From positions 1 through 64,000 of the forward strand of contig QPGO01000165.1 of NCBI GenBank assembly GCA_008632985.1: a DNA stretch of 64,000 bases, read 5' to 3'. The notes under the pieces were generated by a model that searched no databases, had not been told where the DNA came from, and worked only from the letters and a program-made list of their open reading frames with translations. The stretch's first letter is position 1; each line of letters opens with the position of its first letter. Shown here one piece after another: positions 59,267-64,000 of this stretch. Source of the DNA: Psammoneis japonica (Eukaryota). A program made the translations under genes and the position numbers.

Positions 59267-62200
59267 TCATCTAGCCATGCGCACCCCGCTGGCGATGGGA
59301 AAGCCATCCAAGCGTTCGTCTGCTGGTGTCGTGCAGACGTCGTTCGCCTGAATGAACCTCCGTTGCTGCTTGTTGAATCCGGTCCCTTGGTGATATTCAG
59401 CATACATATCAAAAGATTTGTCCATGCCACATTTTCGGCATCTCCTTCTCACCTTTTGCTTGTTATTCTTTCTTCTTGCTCCAGCAGGCACTACGTTTTG
59501 GGCAGGTTGACGCGGAGTGTAGTCGGATGCACGCTTGCCGGGAGGCAGTTTGCCCGCAAAAGGAAGGACTGCAATTTGCTCTTTTGGTGGTAACTCTGCA
59601 TCATTTGTGCTGTCGGCATTGGGAACATCTCCTCCACTTGGCATCGAGTCATCATCGTCGAAGCCGTGAAACTCATCGCAGGTCGGAAATGCACCGTCGT
59701 CTTGAAGAATCGAGTGTTGTTTTGGAACACCTTCCGTTGACTCTGATTCCAGATTGCCTCGATGTGCCGGTACTAGTGCACTGCTGTCCAGGTAAGTAAC
59801 CTCTGTCTGTCGAGTTGAACCTCTCAATTCTTTTCTCAAGGCTTTGTTCGCTTCCTTTACTGGTAATACGGTTGCAGCAATATTCCCGATTCGCTTGAAC
59901 TCCTTCCAATACGCCATGAGATGGAATGCATTTTTGTACGTCATATCAGTTTTTTGGTCTCTTTCCATCATCTTCATCCTTGACAACTTGATTCCAAAAA
60001 TTCGACATCTCACCCCACCGAATGCATGAATAGTTGTCTGCTTCTGCTTGTTGTCCGTCGTTGCTTTGATAGCTGGTGTAGTTTCGACGGAAAAAATCGA
60101 TTTCTGTGGGTGACTCGACCGGTTTGATGCCTCGTTTCCGATTGAGTTTCTTTGCAATCCAGGAGGCTGATGCAGGTAACTCTTGGTACTTAGATACAGA
60201 CTCGGCACCATCGACATTGTCTTCATCCAAACTCCCATCTTTGTATGCATCGACTGTCCTCGATACTTCGTCTTCTAGATTGCTCTCTCGGACGGTGCCC
60301 TCGATACCAAACTCCTCCCCAGTATTTTTGAAATCCGCAGTCATCTCCCACTTTTGAATGTGGTGGTTCAAGCAGCTCTTCCCATGACGCAGTGACCTTT
60401 ATTTCTTGCTCCACTTCCCAGCCATCGTAGTAGTTGGCATGTTTTGTGGGCAGTCCGAGAACACGAACACTGATGTCATGGTTCCAACGGTGAATAAATT
60501 CATACAACAAAGCAACAACAAGCCTGGGAGAGTAGTTGAAGGCCCGGAGTAGCTGTCTCACTTTTTGACGATATCCTTCAAGTGCGCTGGTTCCGCGAAG
60601 GCACTTGAAAAGCGGGATTCCGCATGAGTCAGTTCCGACCTGAACGTAGTATGACATGGAAGGGATGTCACTAAGGCACCCCTTTCGCATGTGACGAAGT
60701 GTCGACTTGTACAGGTTCCATGCTTTCCGTTGAAACAGTGGCTTCTTGGTCTTTGCATCAAGCACATTTGCTAGAAGATTCACTAGCTTCGTGAATTCTC
60801 TCTCCAACTCTTTTGGGCCTGGTACAGCACGACGGACCCGCTTTCGAAAAAACTTCCAGGGCAACGCGCTGATCTCGTCTTCACCACAGCCGCTCTTTCG
60901 CAGTGCTTCCTTAACAAATTCAATGCCATTATGGAATGGGACAAAGAAAACATCAGACAATCGAGCCATGAACACTCCAAATGCACCATGGTTTTCTGAC
61001 AGAACCTTCCCGAACCGAATGAAAATGTGCTCAATGTCTTGTTTGGTGTGGAATCCGTGCTGAGGTTGCGTTGGCTCATCTTCAGCATTTACGTCACACT
61101 CATCCTCGTCATCTCCATCTTCATTCTCAATGTCAGGTGGTGGGACTGCAGCAGGTGGGACATCTTCATTGTCGTTGCTGTCATCTCGATCTGACACTCT
61201 TTCCTGCACTCTTCTCGTGTGTGTGGTGAACTCTACCGGTGCTTGTTGCTTTTCGGGTGCGACGCGCAAGTTTCTGACTTCCCACACAACCTCTTTGGCA
61301 CCCTCTGCAATGATGTCCTCAATGCTTTTGTTCGACATTTTTGGCACAACTGCTGCAGGTTGCTTGACCGTGTCGATTCGAACTTTGACGGCAGCACAAT
61401 CAACGGAAATTCCACAAGGACTTGCCGATTCCGCTGCACCCAGAAAAGTGGCTTCTGCAACTGCCACAGATTTGTTGGTCATGTGCAGCAACAATGAGTC
61501 GTTTTCCTTCAGTTCCTTCACATCTGGCGGTGGAACGGCTCTGGGATCCACAAAAGGCATGGCGGCCATTTTCAAGTGTGACATCATTTGAACGCACGAA
61601 TCAATGGCAGCATGGCGACAGCACTCCTCATCAACAGCAGCTTGCTTCCAATCAAACAGTCACAGTCGGTTGTCTTTGTTTGCTCCGCATCCAAAAAGAG
61701 CCGTGGCCATGTCGTGAAGACCAACTGTTGCCCTCTCCACAACACCTTGCTCCTTGGCCATGTGCTGCAGGTTTGTTGTGTTGGTCAATGACACTCCAAT
61801 CTGAGCCAGCTTCCTTTTGTCCGCATCAATCTTGGAAGCTACTTTCTTTATGGCTGTAGACTCCAAGAGAAGCTTGAGTCCATCAGGGAATGGCGATGCA
61901 AAAACGCAGTTCTCCAAATCCGGTGTAGCAACTTGAACAGTGTGGGGGCCATCCTCGGTCCCGACAGTCCACTCTGCATCAATCGACAATGCACCCCAAT
62001 TGTTCTCAGCACATTTGGCGAGGACATCCTTGGCGTCGGCATCTGCAACTTGTTTGGTAGAGAACGTGATCGGAGACTCAGGAATGTCAAGACATTCAAC
62101 AAATTTGAAGCCCGTTCGCGGCTTGTCGGAGCCAATTTCACCTTGCTCCTTGTCAGCAGATGCCACACCACCCAAGAGAGCACGTTCCATGTCCTTTTCT

Positions 62201-63668
62201 GTCTCTGGAATGAAGGAATGGAAAATGGGCTCCTTGCCGTTGTTTTTGTCTCCTTCGTAGAATGAGCGCTCATCACAGCATCTGTCCGTCATGAAAACGA
62301 TCGGGCCTTTAAAACCGTGCATTTGGTGCCGTCGGTTAAGGCCACACAGGCTGTCCTCCACTTCCAACAGGGTTGTCCCTGTGACAAGTCAGAACAGCAA
62401 TGTCTGTCCAAACTCATTCATTGCCGAGCACAGACCAACGAAACCTCTTGCATTCTCAATCAGAACGACCTTTCCAATTTTGATAAAATGGTCCCCGGAC
62501 AGGAACAGACCACCATTCATTTTCATTTTGTGGCGACAGCAAGGAATGTTGGATTCAATTTCTGATGTTGTTGCTTCCAACAGACAGGCCAGGGATGGCA
62601 CTTGCATTTCCGCACGCTCGTCATCAAAGTCAAAATGTGAAGTTCGATTTTCGATGCGACTCTCTTTCCCAACCGAATTGCAAGCAAAATCAACATGTCC
62701 TCGCCACATCTTTGCCTTCATGGCATGTGTTTGCTTGTGTCTCTTGGTCAGTGACTTCACAAACCCAAGCCCACTCATGCCGTGCGATGGCTCGGATCTC
62801 ATCTTGTCAATGAGCGTCCATTTGATGGCGCCTTTAGATGCAATTTTGTGTCCATTTTGCCGCCACCAACCTTGAACATGCTTGGGTGATTGTGACAATG
62901 CTGCAGAGTCACAGCCATAGAATGTGCAGCTCTCCCTGTCATGTGTGCCGTGATTCTCCTTCTGCATTTGCGTGCACATGTGCCGATGCCCGACAAGAGC
63001 TTCATTTTGATGCTCCCCGTGTGCACGCCTGGCACAATCTGAATGTCCAAGATGACTGACACATTCAGTTTCCCCAGGATGAAAAGGGCAGCAGGGCCTG
63101 CATTCTGGCCAACAAAGTGACCGCCAACAATCCTCTGGCCCAAAAAAATGACAGGCGGCACTGCAAACTCCTCGCGACAGAGCGGCGTGCCATGCTCTTC
63201 TTCCGCATTTTCATGCCCTGAACCAAAAGGAAAGTTGTTCACTGGATCAGAAGACAAATTGACCATTGAAGAGCCAAACATTTGAGGCCAGCTTCCACAT
63301 GGCTCGTGCTTGCCGTTCGGCTTGAACCCAACACACTTCTTGAGATGCTCCGACAACTTGTCGCATGCTTTTGAGGTGCATGAAGTGAAAGAGCCCTTCA
63401 AAGTGCCATCTTCCACAAGGTCATTCTTGTCTTGACGTGAAGCCTTTGATGCTCTGTTGGAAGTGCGAGTTTCTGCTGCCCTCTTTCCACGACGACTCCC
63501 AGCAGCAGCTGCAGTGTTAACCGTGCGATTCTTCTCCTGCTCGGCTGTTTTCTTTGCCGCATTCATCATTCTTGCCACTGCATTTTCTGCCAACCGTTTG
63601 TTCCTTCTCATGGCTTCATTTCTTGCAGAACATGGGTCAACCACTGTGGGATTAGAGCCTTGATTCAT
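59267..63668 (-). mobile_element. Disrupted large DDE-type transposase (DxxH class) with an embedded DnaQ/WRN-like 3'-5' exonuclease domain
   Basis: Ordered motifs across frameshifted ORFs: SGDHFIK..MNEFGQ; TDRCC; LSIDAEW..VQVAT (ExoI-like); QDIEH; HMRKGCLSD; CLRGTSALEGY; HRWN; C-terminal CRKC. Confidence 0.6.
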
Positions 63669-64000
63669 GATGCATGCGGCACACTACAAGCATGCGTTTG
63701 ATGTTGTCGCGTTAAAAAAAAAGCCGACACATCAAAAGTTCAGAATGTGGATGGAAAACAAATTCATTTGTGCATTCATTGCCTGCATTTGTCCAACGAC
63801 ATTCAAGCGCAAACTGACAGCAATTCTAATTCACTGTTGACATTTCTGTGTTGCTCTGAATTTGAAATCACACCCCTGTTCATTTGGCTTTTTTTGCGTC
63901 AAAGTGGAAATGACACTTGACGATTTACACCATTCATTTGGCTCACTTTGGCTCGAAGTTGAACAATGCTTTTGGGTCATGGGCTTGTCATTGTTCAGCC

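Overview
Eukaryotic DNA, most likely from a diatom or other stramenopile (spliceosomal introns, PEPC with a signal-peptide/RGG leader, Plavaka-type elements). Host genes: TOM40 (three copies), a vWA/alpha-kinase gene (two copies), a membrane-anchored beta-propeller gene (one full and one partial copy), PEP carboxylase and an FKBP. They lie among decayed transposons: a Penelope-like RT fragment, Plavaka/CACTA-like elements, a Sola-like element with two related MITEs, a Tc1/IS630-like element, further MITEs and an exonuclease-bearing DDE element. A nested tandem segmental duplication covers about 1.7-36.8 kb. The main signal is a repeat-associated hypermutation process that converts TpA to TpG or CpA (A>G on either strand, mainly in TAY context), alongside ordinary CpG decay. 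It is the reverse of fungal RIP. It saturates transposon bodies, spreads into neighbouring duplicated host genes, and spares small MITEs and the PEPC/FKBP island. By manual count it changed 24 of 31 TpA sites in one TOM40 copy. It also explains the many spurious Tyr-poor, Cys/His-rich ORFs in the ORF track. No candidate enzyme is encoded in the window. All counts and alignments were done by eye.
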